NCBI RefSeq assembly: GCF_963853765.1
Contig: NC_088853.1
Coordinates: 58,404,001-58,468,000, forward strand
Origin: Magallana gigas
Lineage: Eukaryota
Direction: 5' to 3'
DNA: 64,000 bases
Shown: in pieces, positions 34,501 through 47,451 of the stretch
Layout: each line of letters begins with the position of its first letter
How positions within the stretch are numbered: the stretch's first letter is position 1
Translations under genes and position numbers: made by a program
The notes under the pieces: generated by a model
Database searches by the model: none
Seen by the model: the letters and a program-made list of their open reading frames with translations, nothing else
What the model was told of the DNA's origin: nothing

Positions 34501-36661
34501 ATCATAACATATGTACTACGTGAATTAAATATTTATTTAAAAAACCCTACAACTTTATAATGACCATCATTTTTTAAAGTCTTCAGTAACAAACAGTTCT
34601 ATTTCAATATTACATCATGTTTGTAAGTAGAACATTAACGTTGCAAAACATAGCATTGTCTTTTCTCGACATTTAAAAAATATGTTTCTTTACCAATATG
34701 ACAATTAGGTTAACTGCATGATCCATATCTGGTTACCTAATAGTACACTCTGGATATCAGATATCTAGTGCATGCTCTTGTTCTAAATTCCATGAAAATA
34801 TAATAACGCGTGAATTAGATCAGACATTGTTTTGTGACATATGGATCTTTGACTGAAATTTCTACCAAATTTTGAAGTTGAAAAAATCTAAGGAGTTTCG
34901 AAAACGGTACTACATGTATACCGATACGTACAAACTCTTCTGCGGTTTATATAAAGTTAGCTTTATCGCATATGTGAAAACCTTGTAGTCATTACTTAGT
35001 GTGTATTACATACATTTAATATTAGATAAAAATATGCAATGTAACTGTTGTGTTAAGAGCAGCCTGAACCTCACATAATGAACCATTATCAACTTCACCC
35101 AACAAGTACTCCCCCCCCCCCCCCCCTCCTCCCCGACCAGGTAATAGACTCTACAGGGTTTTTACGTCACGTCTTTGTCGACGTCAAATCGTTACAACAT
35201 CAAAATGAAAGTAGGATATATATTTCCGATGAACAGAACCTGATACTTAGCATGTTTAATAGTGTGGTTGTTCGGATGTCGTATCCGAAGTCAAGGAACA
35301 CATTTATAATCATAATGTCCTGACGCATCTCAAATTTATTTTGCAAAATTGGATCCACCTTTTAGCTAATTTATTTCTTGAACATTGTATTTTTTAAAAC
35401 ACAAAGGACAATAATATCTATACCTACATTTAATTTGACATCATTTAAAATAAAGAGGCCGAGAAAATATGTAATATTTTTTTTTGGAGACTGCAGTCAA
35501 ATTTAGTTAGTCACATATGTAAAATGGTTTAACTTCTATATTTGCAAAATAATTTGTACATAAAATTAAAATGATTTTAAACTTTTAGTGTGTGACAGAG
35601 GGTCGTACAGTGTATGGTTACGACTGCAATGAAATCTGTGGACACTGTCGTGACGTAAACCAGTGTTCTATTATCACAGGGACATGTTTTACTGGTTGTG
35701 ATACTGGATATCAAGGCGACTTGTGTAAAGAATGTAAGTGTTTTGTTTTATGATATACATTTTAAATTATTCAAAAATATATATTGCAATCAAAACTTTA
35801 ATATAATACTGATAATGTTACAGTGTAATCTGATACTCTATATCAACACTATGAGATTTTCTAGGTGTTTATAACCGCTGTCTTATTAAACCAATGAAAA
35901 GGACGTTTGTTTTTTAATTGTGTTTGAAAAGAAAAAAAGACTCGAATAGATTACTGTTGTAGCTAGATAAGCATTAATTTATTGCTTTTTCCAATAAGTA
36001 TGGATAAGTCGTAATGAATTTATCATAACATGTATGTACCCAACTTGGTCCAAGGGGAGAGACCACTTTCCTTCTTTATTGATCTGATAATCTGCGTATG
36101 TCTTATTGATATCAAATTTCTCAGATCAAGTTGCTGTTATAATGAATATATATGTTCTATCTGAATCAAATTATATATGAATGAATTCAAAACAATTAAT
36201 ATGAATAGTATTTCTTAATACGTTAACTTTATAAAAGTTACCATTTTATTCGTAGCATGTGACAGTGGGTCATATGGTTACGACTGCAATGAAACCTGTG
36301 GACAATGTCGTGACGTAAACAAGTGTTCCATTATCAATGGGACATGTTTGACAGGATGTGATGCTGACTATCAAGGGAACTTGTGTAAAACTCGTAAGTA
36401 GATACATATAAGATATATAACATAGAAAAAAATGATAAATAATGCGTGTATTTTATTGGTAAGAAGAATAAAACAGTAAATAGTGATCAATACTAAGTAC
36501 ATAACACATTTGGTTCATGTCAGTTTGCCCCGTTGGATATTTTGGGCAAGAATGTTCGGAGACATGTATTAACAGTTACACGTGTGATGGTTGTAACGAT
36601 GCCAGTGGTTCATGTGATTATGGCTGCCGTCCTGGCTGGATAGGATACTTCTGTCAAAAAA
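28694..36661 (+). CDS. Secreted/membrane fucolectin(FTP)-like domain + multiple EGF-like repeat protein (MEGF10/scavenger-receptor-F-like family); 3' end not resolved
   Basis: Phase-1 GT-AG exons: 28694-28784 (MMSLSLS..VLFCLLTLSQAY, signal peptide), 30346-30570 (NVALNK..GGQCAVS..WRVNL..SIHHITIHFRADN), 32453-32707 (FLGFSVYISNTT..GQYVIYYNER..LCEVEVYG), then EGF exons 33130-33264, 33472-33609, 35589-35733 (frameshifted), 36256-36393 and 36524-36661. Confidence 0.88.
29460..30281 (-). mobile_element. Partial second copy of family 2 element, in intron 1 of the FTP-EGF gene
   Basis: Matches 14590-15487, e.g. cattactggtccgatttactgacgccaaaaaaatccgttgaatg, and ends gccggtagagctcgcttcgctcgct. Confidence 0.75.
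33842..34338 (+). mobile_element. Second copy of HINE family 1
   Basis: aaccgagttttccaacggaaaaatccggtt start, the same core repeats and a ctgtcaaattgacag 3' hairpin, as at 4662-5126. Confidence 0.75.
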
Positions 36662-37869
36662 GTATTTTTTTTTTATTTTCAAACATATTTTCATTTAATT
36701 TTGAAATGTAAGCTTTCAAAACTGTGGATTTTCATTCAAACGTCCTTAAAAGAAAAGTTTGAAACATGATTTCGTACAAGGGGATATTTAAAAAAAAAAA
36801 AATTCGGACATTTTATTTGTGTTTAAAATATTTTTTTTAAAATATTGACGGGTAAAATAAAACTGTACTATGACTTACCTGATTTGAGTACATCAGAAGC
36901 CAATGATATGTTCTTAGGTAAGTATTTAAACATTTTTTTTTTATTTTACAAAAGAAACAACTAAAGAAACAAACAAACACAAACAGACTAATACATTACA
37001 AAGCACACATTATATTGGGAACATAGTTGGAGTTTGCGTGAATATGAATGCACATAAAGGCTACACTTATGTGATAATAAATCAACGCCACTATGGTAAA
37101 ATTGTTTCTTGGGTGTATGATACATTACATTACTTTGGTATAGTTTAAAGCAGCTTTTACAAAAACATTTTTTTTTAAAATCTGGTAAATAAAAATAACC
37201 ACAAATAACTTTGATTTGTATATATGCATTACAACGCGTTGCCGCGTTATTGTTTGGAGAAATCTGGTATGTATGAAACAACGGGGAATAATACACAAAG
37301 TGCATGATGGGTAAGTGTTATAATTTTGTCGTTAGAGTATATAAAGAACATTTTTTCTGAATAATGCCTATTTGGTTTATAAGTAATTTTAGAGCTTTTA
37401 GAGCTTTTGAATTTCAAGCCCTTGCGGTTTTTGTGTCTGTCACCAGCCATCTGCAGTTATTTATTTTAGTTTAATTTTATTCAGATCTAAATAGATTAAT
37501 GTTTCATTTGAATGAACGCTGCTTTTTTAATGTCTTTCACTCCTATTTTAATTAAATATTGTTTAACTTTCAATGTAATACGGTATTTTAAATAGTTTTA
37601 ATTCGTCTTTAATAAATTAAACAATGTTTGTATATTTATTTCATAACATAATATTACTATTTTTCTCAATCTTGCGTTCGAATGTGGAGTTCCCAGTAGT
37701 ATTGATACACACTTTACCTGTTAAAGGTATAGAAACGGGTCATCCTTAAAGTGTGCATGCTATATGTTTAAGATTATGTGTAAGATTAACATGTTTTGAA
37801 CTATGAATTTTGTTTTTTAAACATTGTGTGCATATTTTTTTATGTTATTATGTATATTTAACCCAATTT

Positions 37870-39000
37870 TTCATTCTTCTTTAGCTTGAGAAATCCCTTC
37901 TTTGTATATTTAGATTTGTTTGTAAGAAACCATTTACATACGCATGACTGACGGAACTTAGTCTGAAACGTGAGTATGTTTAACTGCTAAATGAAAAAAT
38001 GACAATAACAAACCGTCAATGTATCGCCTTCAATACCAAACTGTTATCCATATCTTTTTAACATTGGAATGCATATCGTAAATATTCGCAAAGTTTTAAT
38101 ACCGCACATCTGTATTAATACCTTATAGTTTTATTACAGTAAAAAGGAATAAATGATGAACATGATAAGCGACATTGAATGGAGAAGTTGCCTCTCCAAA
38201 ATCAACACTGTTGATTCCGTTGAAAGTATGTTATGTCATACTATTTTTGTATGTATGTAGGCATAGTATGATTTCGCTACATAACTCGTGTATTCCATGC
38301 AAAAATAGATGAGTGTTAAATACATAGAGACAAACTCACAGGAATCATAATAATAGATAATTTTCTTTACAGATTTCTAACAAGGCCTGACTATTGGAGC
38401 TTCAAATCTCATCGAAATAAGGTAGTTTCTTTTTTTAAACTATTTTTTGGTATTTTTAACGCAATTGCTCATTCGTTTTAGCTTTAGATTTTCTTCATTT
38501 GTATATTTTGATTTGTTTCTAATAAACCATTTTAACACACATGATTGAAGGTGATTAATCTGAAACGTAAGTACATTTAAGAACTAAATGTATCGCCCTC
38601 AATATCACTCTATTATCCATATCTTTTAAAATTTGGATGCATATCATAGATATTCGCAATTTTTTTAATATCGCACATCTGTATTAATACCTTATAATTT
38701 TGTTTTACAGAAAAAAGAATAACTGAAGCGACATTAAATGGAGTTACCTATCCAGATACGGCACTGTTGATTCCCTTAAAAGTATGTTGTCTTACTATTC
38801 ATTTTGTATCCAAGTAGGCATGGTATTATTTCACTACATTACCCAATGTATACTTTGTAGAAATAGATGAATGTTGAATACGTAAAGACAATTTCACAGG
38901 AGTCATAATAATTGATATTTTTCTTTACTGATTTCAAACAAGTCCTGATTATGGGAGCTTTGTATCTTACATGTATTAAGGTGTAGGTAGTTCCCTTTTT
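37870..39000 (+). repeat. Diverged tandem duplication of a ~560-600-bp unit containing three small exon-like segments
   Basis: ctgaaac|gt at 37963 and 38560; cgcacatctgtattaatacc at ~38103 and ~38672; tttctttac(a/t)gatttc at ~38362 and ~38919. Confidence 0.7.
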
Positions 39001-39479
39001 ACTAATTAAATTTGTGCATGAATTTAAAAAAATGATCATTTTTCATGGTCATATATTTTTATTTGTAATATGTTTCAGTAATATAACACGTGTGTGTACG
39101 TGTACTTCATTGAAATAATTCGGAACAATTATAAAGGTTATATTGGTAATGAAACGCATACAATTTAAAATATGTTTATAATGTATAAAAAATATATGCA
39201 AAGTATCAAAATTTATATGTAAATAGAAGAGCATAACTAGGAAATACTTCATTAATTTTCTAAAATGCAAGTTTGATTAAATGGATATCTTATATATTAT
39301 CTCTAATGGAAACTCGATTTTTTCAGGTATTAGGCGGACCTAGACATTATATTAGCTGAAGCAGACGAGGATTACTGGATCGTCGTTTGCCATCGTCGTT
39401 TGCCATTCCCACATCTTCAGCTGAAGACAATCGTAGTGCATCTGACTTCTATCGTTTATGTTTCTGATTTGACATGTGA

Positions 39480-40212
39480 TAAAGAAACATGTTCGTGCCT
39501 GTCTTTACATCTACTTGTACTCATGATTCGTGTATGTGTTTGACATTACCTTTTGTTGAAGAAAATAGCACGTGCCTTATTGTATCCGTCTTTAAGAAAC
39601 ATGTACCTGTCCGCCATTACCTGTGTTCAAGAAACTTGTTCGTGTCCGCCATTACAAGTGTTCAAGAAACGTGTACGTGTCCGCCATTACCTGTATTCAA
39701 TAAACTTGTTTGGTCCACCATTGCCTGTCTTCAATAAACTTTAACGTGTACGCTATCCCCCGTGTTTAATAAACTTGAACGTTTACGCCATTATCTGTGT
39801 TAAATAAACTTGAACGTGTCCTTCATATACTGTGTTAAAGAAACTTTGACGTGTCCGCCATTACCTGTGTTTAGAGACTTGTACGCGTCTTCAACTCCCT
39901 GTGTAGAAAACATTTGTACATGTCCGTCGTATCCTGTGCACAAAAACACTCCCGTGTCAAACATTACCTTTGTACAATAACTTGTTCGTGTGTGATAATA
40001 CCTGTGTACAATAACTTGTCCGTGTGTGATAATACCTGTGTACAATAACTTGTCCGTGTCTGATAATACCTGTGTGCAATAACTTGTCCGTGTCTGACAA
40101 TACCTGTGTGCAATAACTTGTCCGTGTATGACAATACCTGTGTACAATAACTTGTCCGTGTATGACAATACCTGTGTACAATAACTTGTCCGTGTATGAC
40201 AATACCTTTGTT
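39480..40212. repeat. Minisatellite of 34-35-bp units
   Basis: Unit gacaatacctgtgtacaataacttgtccgtgtat (34 bp; 40164 to 40198), with related 35-bp units aagaaacttgttcgtgtccgccattac.. upstream. Confidence 0.92.
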
Positions 40213-41143
40213 TGAGAAACTCAATACGACGTTTTACGATGCGTCATTTTTGCATCTTACATTTCCTGTATACAGTCATTCATTGAAATAAAAATGTAGT
40301 TCCATTTAAAAAATGGTTTTCTCAGTTTTCTAATTTTGTTATCATTTAAAATTGTTTAAATAGTTTGTATCTTATATAAATTATATTTAAGTGTTAACAA
40401 GTTTCGAAGGATTATTTTATATGTTTTTTTTATCATTTACCTTGAGAGTTTTTAACATTTACATTAAATCTTATTGAATTGCTGAAGGTTTTACTTTATA
40501 GATAAAACGGGGCACAGAACTATTTCTATCAACTTCCTTAGGAAATAGAGGAAATAATACTTGGTGGATAGATATTTAAACAAATATTTACATCTACCGA
40601 GTATGATTCCCTCTTTTTCGTACGAAAACTTATTGCAATTTATACACATGTAGCTCTAAAGAAACTGACACGACTGAAATCAATCTACCTGCTCCGATAA
40701 TTGATTGGTCGAAACCTACAGCAACCTAAGAGAAATAATAAAGTTAATAACAATTCAATTTTAATTTAGTTTAATTGAATAAAAAAAACAACTAAAATAT
40801 ACTTGAGTTTTCATGAATCTCAAAATAAGTTCCTGATTCTTCATTCTCGGAAAAATGTGTACAGTATGGACTTAATGCATAACTATTGATTTTGTGATTG
40901 TCTACAAAAATCTGAGAAACTCTGACACGGGGTTAATTAAATATTGCTGTGTCGTCTATGGACCCAATCAAACCACCAATTACAAAGTCAAAGTGTTTTC
41001 TGTTTAAATATCAATAAGTAGGGCTCTTTTACGTCTTTCTAAGGAGTTCAAACTAACGATTACGTTTCCATTTGTATAGAAATAGCAATTTGTACAAGAT
41101 ATAAAAACGACATCGCCACATGGAGATTATCAAGACATATTAA

Positions 41144-41637
41144 AGGGGCATGGTCACGATTTTGGTCAAAAAATAATTTTTCGATGTTAATGTTTACAAT
41201 GCTTTAGTAGGGCATATTTAATAGGCAACCAAAATTTGAGTGTCAATTGATGAGTTATGAGCGAGTTACAGAGCTTACAATTCTTCGCTATGTAAACAGA
41301 GCGTTTGTTTACATTTCGAATGTTGAAGTGAAAAATTCAAGTTTTAGACCTAAAATAAATTTGTTTATCGGTAGAAAGTATTTATTTATGTTTTAAATGG
41401 ATAATAAGATAGACAAAGCAGCTTTAAAAAGATATTTTTCTGGTATATTGAACCTATGTAAACAAAAACAGGGCACGAGCCCTGTTTACATGACGAAGAA
41501 TTGTGAGCCCTGTATCTTGCTTAAAACTCAACGACTGGCACCCAAATTACAATTGATCATTAGAAATGCATTTATAAAACATTGCAAATAATAAAAACAG
41601 AGAAAAAAAATTCGACCAAAATCATGACCATGCCCCT
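41144..41637. mobile_element. TTAA-flanked MITE (Kolobok-like), second copy
   Basis: Same TIRs and internal sequence as 6481-6973; TTAA at 41140-41143 and 41638-41641. Confidence 0.88.
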
Positions 41638-43846
41638 TTAAGAGAGGTTGTCAGTAACCATTGAGCATTTTCTTTGAAAAAGTGGAAAGTGCAAAAATCA
41701 CGAATTCGAACGAAACTTTCACACATTTGTGTACGCAGGACAGTTAAGGCTACATCGGTAGAAGATATGCTAATAAGGAGATAATGAGATGTGACGTAAC
41801 TCTGCTTAGCTCCGCCTCTTTTACCAAATATGGATTCCATGCGATTTACAGCATTATAGAAAACAATATATTTTAATTTAGCTCGTCAACAAGTTTGACT
41901 GTTAATCCTATTATTTTTTTTTTCAATTATGAATAAGAATAATATACATCTTTTATCAAAACGTCCTTTTTGCGAGTCGTTTGGTGCGACATCTGTGTCG
42001 GTCAGGCGCTTCCGCTGCGCACTTGTCAACACAATGGCTGGAAGATTGTCAACAGAAGACGCGCTGCTCAAAATCTCAATTTTCAGACGTTTCAAAGAAA
42101 AAATAACGTGAGTAGCTCAGATATTATTTGAAATATATCAATGTTTTGTCTTTTTGTGTGTATATTTTAAGAAGTCAACGTAAATTTAATACGAAAACTG
42201 TTGAAAAAGGCTAAGGTAAGAAAACCACGTGTTGACCCAATTACCAGTAGCTGTGAAATTCGTGTAGAAATTATATACGCACAGTCTTAATCTTATTTTT
42301 AAACATAGTAAAACTTTATCGCAATGAAGTAGATGATAATTGTTTTGTGTCATTCCATTTATTTATGTGCAAAATTTACAATTGGAGAACTTTCTGCGAT
42401 TTAGCATAAAAACGTGCAAGTAGGTCAGACGACAGATTTGTTGTATCACTATCGAGGCTCGTCATTTCAGAATGGCATGTTTGCAGACTATAAGATCACG
42501 TTAGGCTTATTAAATACTTTCCTTATATATTGTTTGAACCCTTAAACGCAAATATTAAGCTCTTAAAAGATATATGGATCCGCAACTCTTGACAATTTAC
42601 AAAATGTGTATTTTCACCATAAATAGCCAGTCAAACCAAGGTGCATTACAAAAGCCAGAGACGCCGGGTATTTCCCTGGCAGGATTTCCCCTGCGTATGC
42701 TAACACATAAAGAGAATCCTTACTACAAATGTAATGAACTTATACATGATGGGGCTTCTGAACTGTCTAATGGGATGTTACCTCGCCATGTTATTTAAAA
42801 TCTGTCCCAAGATGATTATTCACAACATTTTTCCAATCAATTTAAAGCTGCTTGGTCCGATTTTATATCAAATTTTATGCACGCTTTTAAACAATGGCTA
42901 TGCTTAGTATATGTATAATAATAGACATTGCAGTAGTTTTACCCGTCAATTATGCCAAATTTCAATGAAGAAAAATACGTACAAAATTTGCTACAAAACA
43001 AACGACATTAAAAGGTACCGCGTTATTTCGCCTCATGTGAAACTTCACCCCTGACGACGAAACGGATATGGTTATATTACGAATTTGACATCGCTTTAGA
43101 TAAAGGTCGAAATGATCAGACAAATTACAAATAAACATGTGTACGTTTTTTTGGCTAATATTTCTGAAGTCTGCTTTCTTTACAATCGATGCATAGCATG
43201 TGGGTTGAATAACCCCAATCATTCGGGGACAAAACCAAGCGGTTTCCTTTTCTAAACATTCCCATGATGCATTCTGGTTTGTTTTTTCGTTTGCCTAAGA
43301 GAAATTATTTTTATTTACTTTGAATATTTCTAACTTTGAAAGGAGACTGATTCTGCTGGTGTAAATTGGAAAAAGTCCATAACTTTCTAAGATAAATGAT
43401 TTGTATGGAAAACATGTTGGTACTGTAAAAATAAAAAAATCGGACGAAGCAGCTTTAATATTTAATATACAAATTTCCATGTCAAAACTATATCCGAAAG
43501 CTTTGTACTTTCATATTAGGCCGAGGACTAAAAAAAGCTAATATATGAAGCTCAAATATTTTTGGAAAATAAAAAAAAATCGCTTAAGTATCGTTGTATT
43601 AATGGTAAATGTATTGATCCAAATATCGTCAAAATAAATACCTTGATTCACCGGTGCATCGGTGGATCGTCCCATCCCTAGAATACATGTATTATACAAG
43701 TTTTCCTGAAGTGTCTCTTTAAATTATCAAGAAAGGAAACAACAATTTATACCAATGTATTTAGATGCTATTAATTTATTTGAGATGCTGGCATATTAGA
43801 ATTCATTAATTGTCAATGATGGAATATATTGACAAGTTGAATAAAT

Positions 43847-46800
43847 TCAAAAATGATATATTTTCCAATGTGTAAGTAAGGATTCTGCCAATTTTCTTTT
43901 TTCTTCCAGGAGAGGATTATTCTTAGTTTCTCTCTGAAATTTGCTGATGGCAATCTGTACTTTGGCTAGTGCAGCATCATAACACTTCCTGAAGCTTTTG
44001 TCATGAGGGCTGGTTTTACACAGTCTCTTGTATTTCGTGTACTCGGCCACAAGCTTCGAGTTCCCAAGTAAGGCATTCAGAACATCAGCCGTTGATTTTG
44101 GTTGATCTAAAGATTTTATTTTTAAAATAAATTTCTTGCTTAAAAATTCCTGGATCCATTAAAAAATATTTAAAATATTCCAGTGAATTACAGTAATTAC
44201 TGGTGTAAAAAAAATCTTATTACATGTATTTTTAAAATATAAATAGTAAAATAAGTGTATTTTGCTTAAGAATTGTTTTATAGAATTTTCTTGTCAAACT
44301 TTGTCCTTGTGCTTTTCCTTTATTGGTCATTTTAAATGTTTACCTTTAACTTCAATGAAAAGTCTCTTTTTGCAACTTTTCGGTTAAGGGTCTGAAACAA
44401 AGAGTTTTCAATGTCAAGTTTTGTCGGTTAAAATGGTAACTTTTGATTTTTGTTATTACAATAAACACCATTAAGCAATTTGTATCAGATACTTTACCAA
44501 ATTCAGCTACAAGCGAAGGTTTCTTTCGTGGAAAATTTTCTACCGGTAAATGTGCATCAGAATCTCTTGTGCTAATATATTCTGTAAAGATAAAACGTCA
44601 ATGAAAACTTTAAATATGGTTTTAAAAAAGAACGAAAATTTAACATAGTCCAAATAAAAAAAATAGTTGCGTTGCTGGTAACATGACAAAAACATGTAGA
44701 GTAGGTAGTTAGGCAAGAACTTTTTTTTATTTTTACTATTTATTTTAAATACATTGTCTTTTGTCAATATACATACACATATAAATAAAAACATGCAACA
44801 AAACAAATGTGAACTCTTTAAAGTACAAGAACAGACACAATCTATGATGCAGGTATGCATTTTAATAAATACTGCATGAAAAATATGCATGCGCAGAGAA
44901 GTACATTTCCAAATCCAGATGTGGAATAAAAAGTTGAAGGGTCGTGTGTAAAAATTAGGATATGTCAGGTTACAGGAAACACACTTTTTTTCTCAGCCTT
45001 ACCAATATTTTGATAATTCATTTAACACCTTGCCTTTTTTTATTGTAGCATTGAAATTGTAGGTTACCTGACTCAACGACTCCGAGTCCTCCCCTTGTCT
45101 GCAAAAAGGGTCCTGTTCTGTCACCATGTTGGCGCAAGGATCAGTTGTGTCTAGAGGTAAACATTTTATTGTTGTATTTTTCATTTGCATGGTTAGTTAA
45201 GTGCTGTTTTGTGACCATCTTCTGCACCAGTATTGATTATTTAAAAAATTGTTCTTACCTTCCTGAGCATCATGGGGGCAAGCCTCTGCCCCATTGCCAT
45301 TATTGTCATTATTGGGCTGTGTCTCTACAGCATTGTCCTGGTAATGCTGGAAACATTTTCCTGCATCATTCTTCATCTATAAAATACACATGTTTTTAAC
45401 ACTTAACACCAAGCATATAATTATTAAACAGTAAAATCAGAGAAAAGCAAACAGATTCAAGTTATTTTGTACTAAGATGACATTTAGCACCTTGCCTTTT
45501 TTTAAAATTTAACATTGAAATTGTAGGTTACCTGACTCAACGACTCCGAGTCCTCCCCTTGTCTGCAAAAAGGGTCCTGTTCTGTCACCATGTTGGCGCA
45601 AGGATCAGTTGTGTCTAGAGGTAAAACATTTTATTGTTGTATTTTTCATTTGCATGGTTAGTTAAGTGCTGTTTTGTGAACACCCTTTGCACCAGTATTG
45701 ATTATTTAAAAAATTGTTCTTACCTTCCTGAGCATCATTGGGGCAAGCCTCTGCCCCATTGCCATTATTGTCATTATTGGGATGTGTCTCTACAGCATTG
45801 TCCTGGTAATGCTGGAAACATTTTCCTGCATCATTCTTCATCTATAAAATACACATGTTTTTAACACTTAACACCAAGCATATAATTATTAAACAGTAAA
45901 ATCAGAGAAAAGCAAACAGATTCAAGTTATTTTGTACTAAGATGACATTTAGCACCTTGCCTTTTTTTAAAATTTAACATTGAAATTGTAGGTTACCTGA
46001 CTCAACGACTCCGAGTCCTCCCCTTGTCTGCAAAAAGGATCCTGTTCTGTCACCATGTTTGCGCAAGGATCAGTCGTGTTTAGAGGTAAAATTTCATTGT
46101 TCTATTTAGGCAACTAGTTACAATTTAAGTGCCACAGTTAAAGTTCAAAAACTTTACTTTTTTAATAGCAAGGAAATGTTAAGATATGTATTTACCATTT
46201 AGTGGATATATGAATTTTGCTTCCTCTTCATAGTAGACCCTGATTCTCTTGATGGGGAGTTTGAGGAGACCTTCTGCAAATTTGTCAACACATGTTTTCC
46301 AAACAGAGGCCAAAAAGGATGTTTCTCTGTGCAGATTGAAGGAGGTAAAGTTGTTAATTCGTGGACCTTCCTGTCTCCTGCAAGGCTCATCCTCACCATC
46401 ATAGAATTCAATGCCGCCTTCTACCCATGACAACTATACATCTTTTCCTGCCAACATGAAGTCCGAGATCCTTTCCAGATGGGCTTGAAACAGAACTGGA
46501 TTTTTTTTAACAAATTCATTTGAGAAAATGGTGTTGCCACGTTTCTCGAGGAGCTTGGATTGATGGCTGATCATCGAGTTTTGTTATTTTAGAGTGTCCG
46601 GTTTTGAGTTAATTTGTTGTTGAATTGTAAATCGTAGAACAGCATTGTCCACCACATATTTTGCGTGTCTGTTGGTTGTTTGTAGGGAAAGACGCCGCAG
46701 ATCCCCAAAGCTTCTTTCTTCTTGTTCCGGTATGATTGACTTCAAACAAAATATTCTGTAAGTTTCTGGGAGATGGACAGTTATCCCATGATAATGGCTT

Positions 46801-46990
46801 CCAAAAAAAATTTCGAGCTGTTAGTTTTGCTGGTTTTCCAAAGATGAGTTTTGATAGTGTTGCAAATTTAAAACATTGGTTATATAGTCTCAGGATCTGT
46901 CTCGGGTTTCTGTTTTTGAAATTGGAATATGATATTTGAATGATTTCAACTAGACTAGGAAATCTTCATGGATTTTGTTTTCTTCATATT
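43847..46990 (-). pseudogene. C-terminal part of a RAG1/Transib-like DDE transposase with spliced tail exons (5'-truncated, frameshifted)
   Basis: The minus strand ~46920-46620 reads RNPRQILRLYNQCFKF..GSHYHGITVHLPETYRIFCLKSIIPEQEERSFGDLRRLSLQTTNRH. This aligns with the RAG1 motif TNYFHKTLAHVPE..ASEGNESGNKLFRR (recalled from memory). It continues into ORF 46179..46433, the repeated exons and a last exon at 43847-44107. Confidence 0.6.
45015..46090 (-). repeat. 464-465-bp tandem duplication (~2.3 copies), each carrying two exons
   Basis: aggttacctgactcaacgactccgag recurs at 45061, 45525 and 45990. Confidence 0.95.
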
Positions 46991-47451
46991 TTGTACTGAT
47001 AAAGATTTGTTTTACGAGTGAATGCAGAAAGCTAAAAACTTATACATTACAAAGAAGTAATGTTTGGTGTTGTACCCCCCTCCCCTTCATCCCCCTTCCC
47101 CTTCCATAAATATTTCACCACCTGATAATAAGTTAGTGCGTTCTGTTTTTTCCGCAGAGGGTTCGATTGTCAGATTTTCATTAGAATAAGGGGGTCACAA
47201 CACCCTTTCATATTGAGAGCAAATAATTAATTTGCAGCCAAATAGATTATGTTATGAGTGGGTAGGGAACAATACTGCATTGTTTCAAACATTAGTAATA
47301 GGGGTATCAGAATAAACTCCTAGATCAACAAAAACGAATCAAAGTCGAATAAAATTGATATAAATAAATCGTAGGAACTTTTTCTCTTCTCTTTCCCGCA
47401 AAAAAGTTACCAAGTGGAACAGTTGAATGTTATTCACATTTTCTTTTCATA

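Noticed and set aside
3822-40212. The 45-bp, 166-bp and 34-bp arrays as CRISPR
   Set aside because: Contiguous tandem units with no unique spacers, no cas genes, and a eukaryotic context.
39489-40224. Several ORFs of 63-122 aa
   Set aside because: Translations of the minisatellite.
41640-47400. Transib/RSS-like TIRs around the RAG1-like gene
   Set aside because: No convincing CAC-initiated inverted pair or 5-bp TSD was found by eye.
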